This document shows, piece after piece, positions 19,835 to 27,870 of a stretch of 32,000 nt of DNA. Positions within the stretch are counted from its first letter, which is position 1. Each line of letters starts with the position of its first letter. This DNA is from Delftia acidovorans NBRC 14950. GTDB taxonomy: Bacteria > Pseudomonadota > Gammaproteobacteria > Burkholderiales > Burkholderiaceae_C. The DNA is taken from assembly GCF_001598795.1 (NCBI RefSeq), contig NZ_BCZP01000041.1, forward strand, positions 1 through 32,000. Direction: 5' to 3'. A program made the position numbers and the translations under genes. Below the pieces are notes generated by a model that did no database searches, had not been told where the DNA came from, and saw only the letters and a program-made list of their open reading frames with translations.

Positions 19835-20034
19835 GTTACGGGCATGCCCAAAACGGCGGCGGCAGCCTGGCTGTGTGGCAGCAGGCCAACAACGCCAGCC
19901 TCGCACCGCAGGCAGCTTGTTTGTTGTGTGTGGAGTTTTCGTGACCGGCGGCGCGGCAGCCCCAGGCTGCGACATGGCCGCGAACGATAGCGCACAATCG
20001 CCTCCAACGCCAAGCGATTAACCTTGATTCACCT

Positions 20035-20352
20035 ATGACCGACGCCCCAACCCCCTCCTCCGCACCAGCAGCCGCGCCGGGCGCGGACCCGCGCAAGGAC
20101 TCGTTGATCGAGTACCCGTCGCAGTTTCCCATCAAAGTCATGGGCATCAAGGCCGAGCATCTGGTGCATGAAATCACCCAGATCGCCGAGCGCTTCGACC
20201 CCGCCTTTGACCCCAGCACCATCGAGTTGCGCCCCAGCAGCAGCGGCAAATACCTGGGTGTCACCGTCACGGTGACGGCCACCAGCCGCGAGCAGCTCGA
20301 CGACCTGTACCGGGCATTCACCTCGCACCCGCTTGTGAAAGTGGTGCTTTGA
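20035..20352 (+). CDS. ybeD: YbeD/UPF0250 (DUF493) family protein
   Basis: Core [13 protein letters not shown] plus the conserved ybeD-lipB-lipA synteny. Confidence 0.8.
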   Translation: MTDAPTPSSAPAAAPGADPRKDSLIEYPSQFPIKVMGIKAEHLVHEITQIAERFDPAFDPSTIELRPSSSGKYLGVTVTVTATSREQLDDLYRAFTSHPLVKVVL

Positions 20353-21074
20353 GCGCCCCAGCCGCCGAGCTTGCGCGGACGCTGGACTTGCGCCTGCTGG
20401 GCCGCACCGACTACGAAGCCACGGTGCAGGCCATGCAGGCATTCACGAGCGGCCGCGATGCCGGCACGCGCGACGAGCTCTGGATCTGCGAGCACGCCCC
20501 GCATTTCACGCAAGGCCTTGCCGGGAAAAGTGACCACTTGCTGAGCCCTGGCAACATTCCCGTGGTCGCAACCAACCGCGGCGGGCAGGTCACCTACCAC
20601 GGCCCGGGCCAGGTGGTCGCCTATCCGTTGCTGGATCTGCAGCGCCTGGGCTACTTCGTCAAGGAATACGTGTTCCGCATCGAAGATGCGGTCATTCGCA
20701 CGCTGGAGCATTTCGGCATCACCGGCCACCGCGTGGAAGGCGCCCCCGGCATCTACGTGCGTCTCGACGATCCTCGCAGCCACGCCATGCTGGCCCAGCG
20801 CCCGCAACTGCGCGCACCCGGCTCACCCGCGCCCCAGCCCGATTTTTCGGGGCTGGGCAAGATTGCAGCCCTGGGCATCAAGGTCAGCCGGCATTGCACC
20901 TATCACGGCGTTGCCCTGAATGCCGCCATGGACCTGGAACCCTACGAACGGATCAACCCTTGCGGCTATGCAGGACTGCAAACGGTGGACCTTTCTACAA
21001 TCGGCGTTCAGACAACCTGGGACGAAGCCGCGCGCGTGCTGGGACGACAGTTGCAGCGCCGCCTAGCCCCCTGA
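20349..21074 (+). CDS. lipB: Octanoyltransferase LipB
   Basis: Motifs [32 protein letters not shown] and NPCGYAG. The start is uncertain: TTG at 20349 overlaps the ybeD stop by 4 nt. There is a roughly 30-aa insert relative to E. coli LipB before the KIAALG motif. Confidence 0.88.
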   Translation: MSAPAAELARTLDLRLLGRTDYEATVQAMQAFTSGRDAGTRDELWICEHAPHFTQGLAGKSDHLLSPGNIPVVATNRGGQVTYHGPGQVVAYPLLDLQRLGYFVKEYVFRIEDAVIRTLEHFGITGHRVEGAPGIYVRLDDPRSHAMLAQRPQLRAPGSPAPQPDFSGLGKIAALGIKVSRHCTYHGVALNAAMDLEPYERINPCGYAGLQTVDLSTIGVQTTWDEAARVLGRQLQRRLAP

Positions 21075-21084
21075 ATCCAGAACC

Positions 21085-22065
21085 ATGACCACCAACACCG
21101 TCGTGCGCGAAGCGCAGTCCCAAGCCGAGTACAACCCGCTGGCCAAGCAGAAGGCGGCAGCGAAGCTTTCGCGCATCCCGATCAAGGTCGAGCATGGCGA
21201 GGCCCTCAAGAAGCCCGAGTGGATCCGCGTCAAGGCGGGCAGCCCCACCACGCGCTTCTACGAGATCAAGGACATCCTGCGCGCCAACAAGCTGCACACG
21301 GTCTGCGAGGAAGCCTCCTGCCCCAACATCGGCGAATGTTTCGGCAAGGGCACGGCCACCTTCATGATCATGGGCGACAAGTGCACGCGCCGCTGCCCGT
21401 TCTGCGACGTGGGCCACGGCCGCCCCGACCCGCTGGACACCAACGAGCCGCTCAATCTTGCCAAGACGATTGCCGAGTTGCGCCTGAAGTACGTGGTGAT
21501 CACCAGCGTGGACCGCGACGACCTGCGCGATGGCGGCTCGGGCCATTTCGTGGAGTGCATCAAGAACATCCGCGAGCTCTCGCCGCTGACCCAGATCGAG
21601 ATTCTGGTGCCCGACTTCCGTGGCCGCGACGACCGTGCGCTGGAAATCCTCAAGGCCGCACCTCCCGATGTGATGAACCACAACCTGGAGACCGCACCGC
21701 GCCTGTACAAGGAAGCGCGCCCCGGCTCGGACTACCAGTTCTCGCTGAACCTGCTCAAGAAGTTCAAGGCCTTGCACCCCAAGGTTCCGACCAAGAGCGG
21801 CATCATGGTGGGCCTGGGCGAGACCGACGAGGAAATCCTGCAGGTGATGCGCGACATGCGCGCCCATGACATCGACATGCTGACCATCGGCCAGTACCTG
21901 GCGCCCAGCAACAGCCACCTGCCGGTGCGCCGATACGTGCACCCCGACACCTTCAAGATGTTCGAGGAAGAAGCCTACAAGATGGGCTTCACGCACGCTG
22001 CCGTGGGCGCCATGGTGCGCTCCAGCTACCACGCGGATCAGCAGGCACACGCCGCAGGCGTTTGA
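21085..22065 (+). CDS. lipA: Lipoyl synthase LipA (radical SAM)
   Basis: It has the [12 protein letters not shown] and [10 protein letters not shown] cysteine clusters. 326 aa. Confidence 0.96.
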   Translation: MTTNTVVREAQSQAEYNPLAKQKAAAKLSRIPIKVEHGEALKKPEWIRVKAGSPTTRFYEIKDILRANKLHTVCEEASCPNIGECFGKGTATFMIMGDKCTRRCPFCDVGHGRPDPLDTNEPLNLAKTIAELRLKYVVITSVDRDDLRDGGSGHFVECIKNIRELSPLTQIEILVPDFRGRDDRALEILKAAPPDVMNHNLETAPRLYKEARPGSDYQFSLNLLKKFKALHPKVPTKSGIMVGLGETDEEILQVMRDMRAHDIDMLTIGQYLAPSNSHLPVRRYVHPDTFKMFEEEAYKMGFTHAAVGAMVRSSYHADQQAHAAGV

Positions 22066-22096
22066 GCTCGCCGCACCCAGGCGGCCCTCAATGCCC

Positions 22097-22129
22097 AGCC
22101 CTCGCCAGCCCTGCTGCCGAGGGCTTTTT
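22097..22129 (+). terminator. Rho-independent terminator after lipA
   Basis: AGCCCTCG (22097..22104) pairs with CGAGGGCT (22118..22125), followed by TTTTT. Confidence 0.7.
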
Positions 22130-22165
22130 CATGGCCGCATGACGACACATCAAGACGCGCGGGCA

Positions 22166-22200
22166 ACAAAAAAGCAGAGCCGCTGACGCATGCTCTGCTT
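22166..22200 (-). terminator. Rho-independent terminator reading on the minus strand
   Basis: The minus strand reads AAGCAGAGC-ATGCGTCAGCG-GCTCTGCTTTTTTG, a 9-bp stem plus U-tract. It lies about 260 nt downstream of the ptsI stop. Confidence 0.65.
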
Positions 22201-22378
22201 GAATTGGAGGCGATGTTGCCTCTTCTGACATCGTAGAAAAAAAGCCTGGCTAACCGGCAGACCGCTGGCTGGCAAACCGACTTGCTGCAGGCTGAACAGG
22301 CCTGGCGAGTCGCCCCACGATGAAACTGAAAAAGGCTTGCAGCTCGAATTCCCCACCAGAGAGTTTCTTGCTGCATTG
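22166..22378 (-). ncRNA. Candidate small non-coding transcript (predicted only from promoter and terminator signals)
   Basis: On the minus strand, -35 TTGCGA (22409..22414), an 18-nt spacer and -10 TATGAT (22385..22390). An A-tract lies upstream and the patch is locally AT-rich. The terminator lies at 22166..22200. No ORF with an SD. No match to an RNA family that I recognise. Confidence 0.25.
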
Positions 22379-22460
22379 GGGCTGATCATAGCATCGAATG
22401 AGAATCAATCGCAACTAAAGTTGCAAATCTTTTTTTCTGCGCATCCCCGCCTGCATGAAT

Positions 22461-24236
22461 TCATGGTCCCAGCAGCGCTGCAGGACTGTCCGAGCGCAGG
22501 ACTTCCTGCGCCCAGGCAGTCAGCTTGCGTGTGTCGGCACGCAAGATTTCCTGCTTGACGACCAGGATCTGCGCCGGATGCATGGAAAAGCTGCGCAGAC
22601 CCAGGCCGAGCAGCAGGCGCGTCATGCCCACATCCCCGGCGGTCTCCCCACAGACACAGACGCTCTTGCCCTGCGCCCTTCCTTCGGCGATCACGTCCGC
22701 CACCAGCTTGAGCACGGCGGGATGCAAGGGGTCATAGAGATGGGCCACGGTCTCGTCGGCGCGGTCGATGGCCAGCGTGTACTGGATGAGGTCGTTGGTG
22801 CCGATCGACAGGAAGTCGAAGTAACGCAAAAAAGTGCGCACGATCAGCGCGGCCGCAGGCACTTCGATCATGGCGCCCAGCTTGACCGGGCCATGGGCCA
22901 CGCCTCGCGCGTCGAGTTCGCTTTGCGCCAGCCGCACCTGGGCCAGGGTCTGCTCGATCTCGCTTTGGTGGGCCAGCATGGGAAACAGCAGATGGATCTG
23001 CCCATGCGCCGCCGCACGCAGGATGGCGCGCAACTGGGTGCGGAACATGGCCGGGTCAGCCAGGCTCCAGCGGATGGCGCGTAGACCCAGCGCGGGGTTC
23101 AGGTAGTAGTCCTTGGGCTGTGCCTTGTCCAGCGGCTTGTCGGCGCCCACGTCCAACGTGCGTATGGTCACGGGCATGCCCTGCATGCCGTCCACGGCCT
23201 CGCGGTAGGCGCGGTACTGCTCCTCCTCACCGGGCAGGTTGCCGCCACGCCCCATGAACAGGAATTCCGTGCGGAACAGTCCCACGCCCACGGCGCCTGC
23301 ATGCACGGCCGCAGGCCCGTCGCCGGGTTGCTCGATATTGGCCAGCAACTCGATGCGCTCTCCGTCCAGCGTCAGCGCGGGCGTATGGCGCAGGCGTGAG
23401 AGGCGCTCGCGCTCCAGCTCGTTCTGGCGCTGGCGAAAGCCATATTCGGCCAGGATGATGGGAGAAGGATCGACGATGACGACGCCTGCGTTGCCATCGA
23501 TGATAATCCAGTCGTCCTGGCGGATCAGCTGGCTGGCCGCGCGCGCGCCGACCACGGCCGGGATGTCCATGCTGCGCGCCACGATGGCCGTGTGCGAGGT
23601 GCGCCCGCCCACGGCCGTGATGAAGCCGGCAAACAGCCGGCTCTTGAACTGCAGCATGTCCACAGGCGACAGGTCCTGCGCCACCAGGACCAGGGGCACA
23701 TCGGTGACTTCGTCGAGCAGCAGCGGCTGCTGCGGCGCGCCCTCCCCCGTTGCATCGGCCCGCGGCAGCGCGGCAGGCGCGGGCACGGGGCTGGCCATGC
23801 CCTTCATGTAGCGCAGGATGCGCTCGACCACCTGCTCCAGGTCGGCCTTGCGCTCGCGCAGATACTCGTCCTCCATCTCGTCGAACTGGCGCGAGACGAC
23901 CTCGAGCTGCGTGGTCAGCGCCCATTCGGCGTTGTAGAGACGATCGGAAATCCAGTGCTTGATGGCGGCGGCCAGGGCCTCGTCCTGCAACAGCAGCAGG
24001 TGGACGTCGAGCAGGGCATCGAGCTCGCCCGGCGCATCCTGGGGCATTTCATCCTGCAGGCGGCGCAGCTCGTCGATGACGGCGTTGCGTGCGCTGCGGG
24101 CGCGGTCGATTTCCGCGTCCACCTGGTCGGGCCGGATGAAGTAGTGCACCACCTCCATGCGGCTGGAGGCCACCACCACCGCGCGTCCTATCGCAATGCC
24201 CCGTGAAACGGCCAGTCCGTGGATTGCAAACGTCAT
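22461..24236 (-). CDS. ptsI: Phosphoenolpyruvate-protein phosphotransferase (PTS Enzyme I)
   Basis: 591 aa with the active-site region GGRTSHTAIVARS and the PEP-utilising C-terminal domain (SIGTNDLIQYTLA). No N-terminal GAF domain, so it is EI rather than EI-Ntr. Confidence 0.93.
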   Translation of the reverse strand: MTFAIHGLAVSRGIAIGRAVVVASSRMEVVHYFIRPDQVDAEIDRARSARNAVIDELRRLQDEMPQDAPGELDALLDVHLLLLQDEALAAAIKHWISDRLYNAEWALTTQLEVVSRQFDEMEDEYLRERKADLEQVVERILRYMKGMASPVPAPAALPRADATGEGAPQQPLLLDEVTDVPLVLVAQDLSPVDMLQFKSRLFAGFITAVGGRTSHTAIVARSMDIPAVVGARAASQLIRQDDWIIIDGNAGVVIVDPSPIILAEYGFRQRQNELERERLSRLRHTPALTLDGERIELLANIEQPGDGPAAVHAGAVGVGLFRTEFLFMGRGGNLPGEEEQYRAYREAVDGMQGMPVTIRTLDVGADKPLDKAQPKDYYLNPALGLRAIRWSLADPAMFRTQLRAILRAAAHGQIHLLFPMLAHQSEIEQTLAQVRLAQSELDARGVAHGPVKLGAMIEVPAAALIVRTFLRYFDFLSIGTNDLIQYTLAIDRADETVAHLYDPLHPAVLKLVADVIAEGRAQGKSVCVCGETAGDVGMTRLLLGLGLRSFSMHPAQILVVKQEILRADTRKLTAWAQEVLRSDSPAALLGP

Positions 24237-24353
24237 TGCGCCTGTCCTTTGCCTGCTGCTGCGCAGGCCCCGGGCCGTCGCAATGCGGCATCGTCCGGGC
24301 CCGGCGCGTGTTGCTCTTTTGCGCTCACCGTCTGCCAGCGCAGCGGAGGCCCA

Positions 24354-24623
24354 TCACTGGCCTTCGCCAAATTTGTCGTTGATCAGGGCCGTCAGCGCAT
24401 CCATGGCTTCCTGCTCCTGCGGTCCTTCGGTTTCCAGCAGCACCTCGGAGCCCATGCCGGCAGCCAGCATCATCACGCCCATGATGCTCTTGGCATTGAT
24501 GCGCCGCTCGCCCTTGCTCATCCAGACTTCGCAGGGAAAGCTGCCTGCAAGCTTGGTGAGCTTGGCGGAGGCGCGGGCATGCAGGCCCAGTTTATTGCTG
24601 ATGGTTATAGGGGTCTTGATCAT
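24354..24623 (-). CDS. ptsH: Phosphocarrier protein HPr
   Basis: 89 aa starting MIKTPITISNKLGLHARASAKL, with the His15 motif GLHARA. Confidence 0.9.
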   Translation of the reverse strand: MIKTPITISNKLGLHARASAKLTKLAGSFPCEVWMSKGERRINAKSIMGVMMLAAGMGSEVLLETEGPQEQEAMDALTALINDKFGEGQ

Positions 24624-25053
24624 TGGATGGTCGCGGACTCTGGTTCTGAGGCGTGTTCACGCCCACCTGCATCACCCCATGGCTGCCTCCGGCCAAGGCA
24701 CGCTCGGCCACGGCTTCCAGCGCCTCGTGGCGATAGCCTATGGAGCGCAGCAGCATGGGCAAGTTCACCCCGGCCACCAGTCGCCCGGCAGGCAGCTGCG
24801 CCACCAGGCGCTGCGCCACGTTGCAGGGCGTCGCGCCAAAGAGGTCGGTCAGCACCAGCGTGGGCAGCGCCACCAGGCCGCCATGGTCCTCAAGCAACTG
24901 CTCGGCACGCATCAGGGTGGCCTCGGGCGGCTCCTGAGCGGGCACATCCAGGGCAAGGACGTCCTCGGCACTGTCGGCGAACACATGCAAGGCGCATTCG
25001 CGCAGTGCATGGGCCAAAGGTGCGTGGGTGAACAAAAGGATGCGCGTGGTCAT
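24592..25053 (-). CDS. PTS EIIA component, mannose/fructose family (PtsM-like)
   Basis: Starts MTTRILLFTHAPLA (phosphorylatable His). LTDLFGATPCN and AGVNLPMLL parallel ManX-IIA motifs. The start is taken at ATG 25051..25053. The 3' end overlaps the ptsH start by 32 nt. Confidence 0.85.
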   Translation of the reverse strand: MTTRILLFTHAPLAHALRECALHVFADSAEDVLALDVPAQEPPEATLMRAEQLLEDHGGLVALPTLVLTDLFGATPCNVAQRLVAQLPAGRLVAGVNLPMLLRSIGYRHEALEAVAERALAGGSHGVMQVGVNTPQNQSPRPSNDQDPYNHQQ

Positions 25054-25178
25054 GAAGTCACAGGGTTCGGAGTCGATTATGGCGTGCGCAAGCGCATGCA
25101 GGGCAACCGGCGCGCCTGCACTGCGTTCCATGCCACAGCTGCCTCCCGCATCCGTGGCTCCGAAACCTGTTGCCGTTG

Positions 25179-25796
25179 CTATTGCAGTTGCAGGCTGGCG
25201 AAGAAGTTGTTGGCCTCGTCTGTGCGCGGCTTGTCGCTGTAGATCACGGCATGGTAGAGGCGCGCGCCTGCCGGCTCCATTCGTGCAAACCACACGCCAT
25301 GGGCGGTGAGCTTCCAGCCCTGGGGCCCCACGCCTTCAAACGTGGTGCGCAGCGACTGCGGCAGATTCAGTGCGCCTGCAGGCAGGAAAGGGCCATCTTC
25401 CTTGGAGCGCAGTTGCTTGGCGCCCGCCGGTGCCTGCCCCGGAGCACCCGGGTTCATCTGGCCGAGCACGGCTGCCTGCCAATACGACAGCATCTCGGCG
25501 GCTCTGGACGGCTCGCTGACCAGGAAGTGGGACACCGCGTAGGTCGACGCATCGGCATCGCATCCCATCATGGACATCTGCACCGTGCCCATGCCCTGGC
25601 CCAGCTCCACCGGCCGTGTTGCGGATTGCGGATCGCAGGGCAAGAGCACGCGCAGCGGCGTGCCTTCGACCGCGACCTGCCGCCAATCCAGCCTGGGACT
25701 GCAGGCGGCCAGGGGCGCCAACACCAGCAGCGCGGCGCCGAGCCGCAGGGCCAGAGCGCGGCCCTTTGCTTTAGAAAAGCTTTCCATCAATGTCAT
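25179..25796 (-). CDS. Hypothetical lipoprotein (205 aa)
   Basis: Starts MTLMESFSKAKGRALALRLGAALLVLAPLAACS (lipobox LAAC). GC3-rich. No family recognised. The upstream part of the 403-aa ORF is antisense to the tlpA-like gene and is rejected. Confidence 0.6.
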   Translation of the reverse strand: MTLMESFSKAKGRALALRLGAALLVLAPLAACSPRLDWRQVAVEGTPLRVLLPCDPQSATRPVELGQGMGTVQMSMMGCDADASTYAVSHFLVSEPSRAAEMLSYWQAAVLGQMNPGAPGQAPAGAKQLRSKEDGPFLPAGALNLPQSLRTTFEGVGPQGWKLTAHGVWFARMEPAGARLYHAVIYSDKPRTDEANNFFASLQLQ

Positions 25797-25919
25797 GCCG
25801 GCATTATCGGCATGGCCCGACCTGTCCGAGCCCCGAACTTTTGCCCTTGCCGCGCATCGAAAGGCGGTGCACGGCATGCGTGCAGGCCTTCGGGCGCAAC
25901 TTTGGGCACAATCGTCGCT

Positions 25920-26423
25920 ATGGCAAGCAAACATTGGATCGCAGGCGTGATGATCGCCGCAGCCGCCGGCATGGGCGCATGGGTGTATTCGGGTGCCGGC
26001 CAGACGGCCGCGCCGCAGTCCACCTTCGTACTGCTGGACGGCAGCAAGCAGACCACGGCCGACCTCAAGGGCAAGGTGACCTTGGTGAACTTCTGGGCCA
26101 CCAGCTGCACCACCTGCGTGGCCGAAATGCCCGAGATCGTTGCCACCCACCAGAAATTCCAGAGCCAGGGGTTCGAGACCCTGGCCGTGGCCATGAGCTA
26201 CGACCCGCCCAGCTATGTGGTGAACTTCGCCGATTCGCGCAAGCTGCCTTTCAAGGTCGCGCTGGACAACACCGGCGCCGTGGCCCGGGCCTGGGGCGAT
26301 GTGCAACTGACTCCCACCACCTACATCGTCAACAAGCGCGGCGACATCGTGAAGCGCTATGTGGGCGCACCTGACTTCGCTGAGTTGCATCGGCTGATCG
26401 AGAAGCTGCTGGCCGAGGCCTGA
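25920..26423 (+). CDS. TlpA/ResA-like periplasmic thiol:disulfide oxidoreductase (thioredoxin fold)
   Basis: N-terminal anchor, then the WATSCTTC (CxxC) motif in the VTLVNFWA context. 167 aa. Confidence 0.85.
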   Translation: MASKHWIAGVMIAAAAGMGAWVYSGAGQTAAPQSTFVLLDGSKQTTADLKGKVTLVNFWATSCTTCVAEMPEIVATHQKFQSQGFETLAVAMSYDPPSYVVNFADSRKLPFKVALDNTGAVARAWGDVQLTPTTYIVNKRGDIVKRYVGAPDFAELHRLIEKLLAEA

Positions 26424-26443
26424 TACAGCGCAGACCAGGGCAC

Positions 26444-26471
26444 AAAAAAACCGGCACCAGGCCGGTTTTTC
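26444..26471. terminator. Bidirectional rho-independent terminator between the tlpA-like and cytochrome c' genes
   Basis: AAAAAAA-CCGGC-ACCAG-GCCGG-TTTTT. The stem is flanked by an A-run and a T-run. Confidence 0.7.
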
Positions 26472-26495
26472 ATTGGTGCATCCTCCGCCCGCCGC

Positions 26496-26942
26496 TCAAC
26501 GGCTGCGGAAGCTGTCGTGGCAGGCCTTGCAGCTGGCGGCGGCCGGGCCGAAGGCGGCCTTGAGCTGGTCCAAGTTGCCGGACTTGGCCGCAGCCGCGAG
26601 CTTGACCGTCTCGGCCTGCATCTTCTCCGACAGGTCCTGGAACTTGGCCTGCTCCTTCCAGATTTCAGGCTTGGCCTTTCCACCTTCCGTGCCCGCGCCA
26701 AACGCGGCCCAAGGCAGCTTGGCCATGAAGGCCACCACCTCGGCGTTTTCCTGGGCCGCCTTGGCATCGAAGGGGATCTTTCCGTTCGCCATGGCGCCCA
26801 GGCGCCCGAAGTGCTGGCCCAGCACGGCGAGCGCGCCCTGGCGGTACTTGATGGCGTCTTCGGACTTGGCGAACTGTGCGGACGCGGGCAGCGCCGTGGC
26901 GGCCAGCAGGGCGGCCAGCGCCCATGCAGAAACTTTCTTCAT
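26496..26942 (-). CDS. Cytochrome c' (class II c-type cytochrome)
   Basis: 148 aa. Signal peptide ending ASAQ, four-helix-bundle-type sequence, and a single CKACH haem motif close to the C-terminus. Confidence 0.88.
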   Translation of the reverse strand: MKKVSAWALAALLAATALPASAQFAKSEDAIKYRQGALAVLGQHFGRLGAMANGKIPFDAKAAQENAEVVAFMAKLPWAAFGAGTEGGKAKPEIWKEQAKFQDLSEKMQAETVKLAAAAKSGNLDQLKAAFGPAAASCKACHDSFRSR

Positions 26943-27034
26943 CGTGGTTTTCCTTTGGGAGTGTGGGGAAATCTGCCGGGCCAGTATGGCAGCGGCATCT
27001 TGCCGGCGCCGCTTTGATTGACCACGGCCAGGGT

Positions 27035-27059
27035 GCATTCCTGGTGCTCGCAGGAATGC
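27035..27059. promoter_or_regulatory. Perfect 9-bp inverted repeat in the cytochrome c'/b561 divergent spacer (candidate operator or 5'-UTR hairpin)
   Basis: GCATTCCTG-gtgctcg-CAGGAATGC. The right arm contains AGGAA. Confidence 0.35.
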
Positions 27060-27070
27060 GGGGCGGCACA

Positions 27071-27811
27071 ATGCCTCATCCCCATCCCCATCCCCATCCC
27101 AGCTTTCATGCCATGGCACAAGAATCGACCACACAAGGCGCCGCCAAGCACAAGGTCCGCATCTGGGACCTGCCCACCCGGCTGTTTCACTGGCTGCTGG
27201 CCGCAACGGTGGTCGGCCTGGTCGTGACGGCCAAGCTGGGCGGCAATGCCATGAACTGGCATCTGCTGCTGGGCCATGCCATGCTGGCCCTGCTGCTGTT
27301 CCGCCTGCTTTGGGGCCTTGTGGGCGGCCGCTGGTCGCGCTTTGCCAGCTTCATCCACGCGCCGGCCACCGTGCTGCGCCATGTGCGGGGACAAGGAACG
27401 GAGAGCGACAGCGCAGGCCACAGCCCGCTGGGCGCCCTGTCCGTGTTTGCCATGCTGGCCGTACTGATCGCCCAGGTGAGCAGCGGGTTGCTCAGCGACG
27501 ACGAGATTGCGTTCTCCGGGCCGCTGGGCCGCTTTGTATCGGGCGACACCGTGGCACAGGCCACCGCCTACCACGCGCACTGGGGGCAGTATCTGCTGTA
27601 CGCGCTGGTGGCCCTGCACCTGTTGGCCATCCTTTTCTATGCCTGGCGCGGACGGAGCCTGGTGCGCGCCATGGTGACGGGAGACAAGCACTTGCCCGAA
27701 CCCCTGCCCTCTTCACGCGACACGGCAGCCAGCCGCCTGTTGGCATTGGTCCTGGCGTTGGTGGCGGGGGCCGCCGCATGGTGGGTGCAGCAGCTGGGGG
27801 GTGCTTTCTGA
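27071..27811 (+). CDS. Cytochrome b561 family protein (CybB-like dihaem membrane cytochrome)
   Basis: RIWDLPTRLFHWLLA, HLLLGHAML and AYHAHWGQYLLYALVALHLLAI give the conserved His ligands on TM helices. The start is uncertain. ATG 27071 would add MPHPHPHPHPSFHA, while ATG 27113 gives MAQESTT. Confidence 0.8.
   Translation: MPHPHPHPHPSFHAMAQESTTQGAAKHKVRIWDLPTRLFHWLLAATVVGLVVTAKLGGNAMNWHLLLGHAMLALLLFRLLWGLVGGRWSRFASFIHAPATVLRHVRGQGTESDSAGHSPLGALSVFAMLAVLIAQVSSGLLSDDEIAFSGPLGRFVSGDTVAQATAYHAHWGQYLLYALVALHLLAILFYAWRGRSLVRAMVTGDKHLPEPLPSSRDTAASRLLALVLALVAGAAAWWVQQLGGAF
27077..27100 (+). repeat. Perfect hexanucleotide tandem repeat (CATCCC)4
   Basis: Read directly: catccc at 27077, 27083, 27089 and 27095. 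Confidence 0.9.
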
Positions 27812-27870
27812 CGGCGTGGCCAGATGTTGCCAGCTTGCCGCTACACTGCGTTTTCCGTCGTTTTAGCCAA

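Noticed and set aside
22213-22236. A 7-codon mini-ORF (MLPLLTS) on the plus strand, preceded by GGAGG.
   Set aside because: - SD-to-ATG spacing is only 2 nt.
- It lies downstream of the lipA terminator with no promoter.
- It is too short to evaluate.
- A roughly 47-codon minus-strand ORF starting at the ATG near 22234 also lacks an SD.
22166-22378. Identification of the candidate transcript as 6S, SRP, tmRNA or RNase P RNA.
   Set aside because: - None of the conserved cores I know are visible (for example the SRP GGAA tetraloop helix or the tmRNA tag ORF).
- There is no long rod with a central bubble.
- It is left as unclassified.
27014-27027. TTGAT-TGAC-CACGG as an FNR/Dnr box upstream of cytochrome c'/b561.
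   Set aside because: Only one half-site matches TTGAT-N4-ATCAA. The second half is unrelated.
27114-27128. TGGCAC string suggestive of a sigma-54 -24 element.
   Set aside because: - It is followed after 5 nt by TCGA rather than TTGC.
- It sits on or overlapping the candidate b561 start codon, so it is not a promoter.
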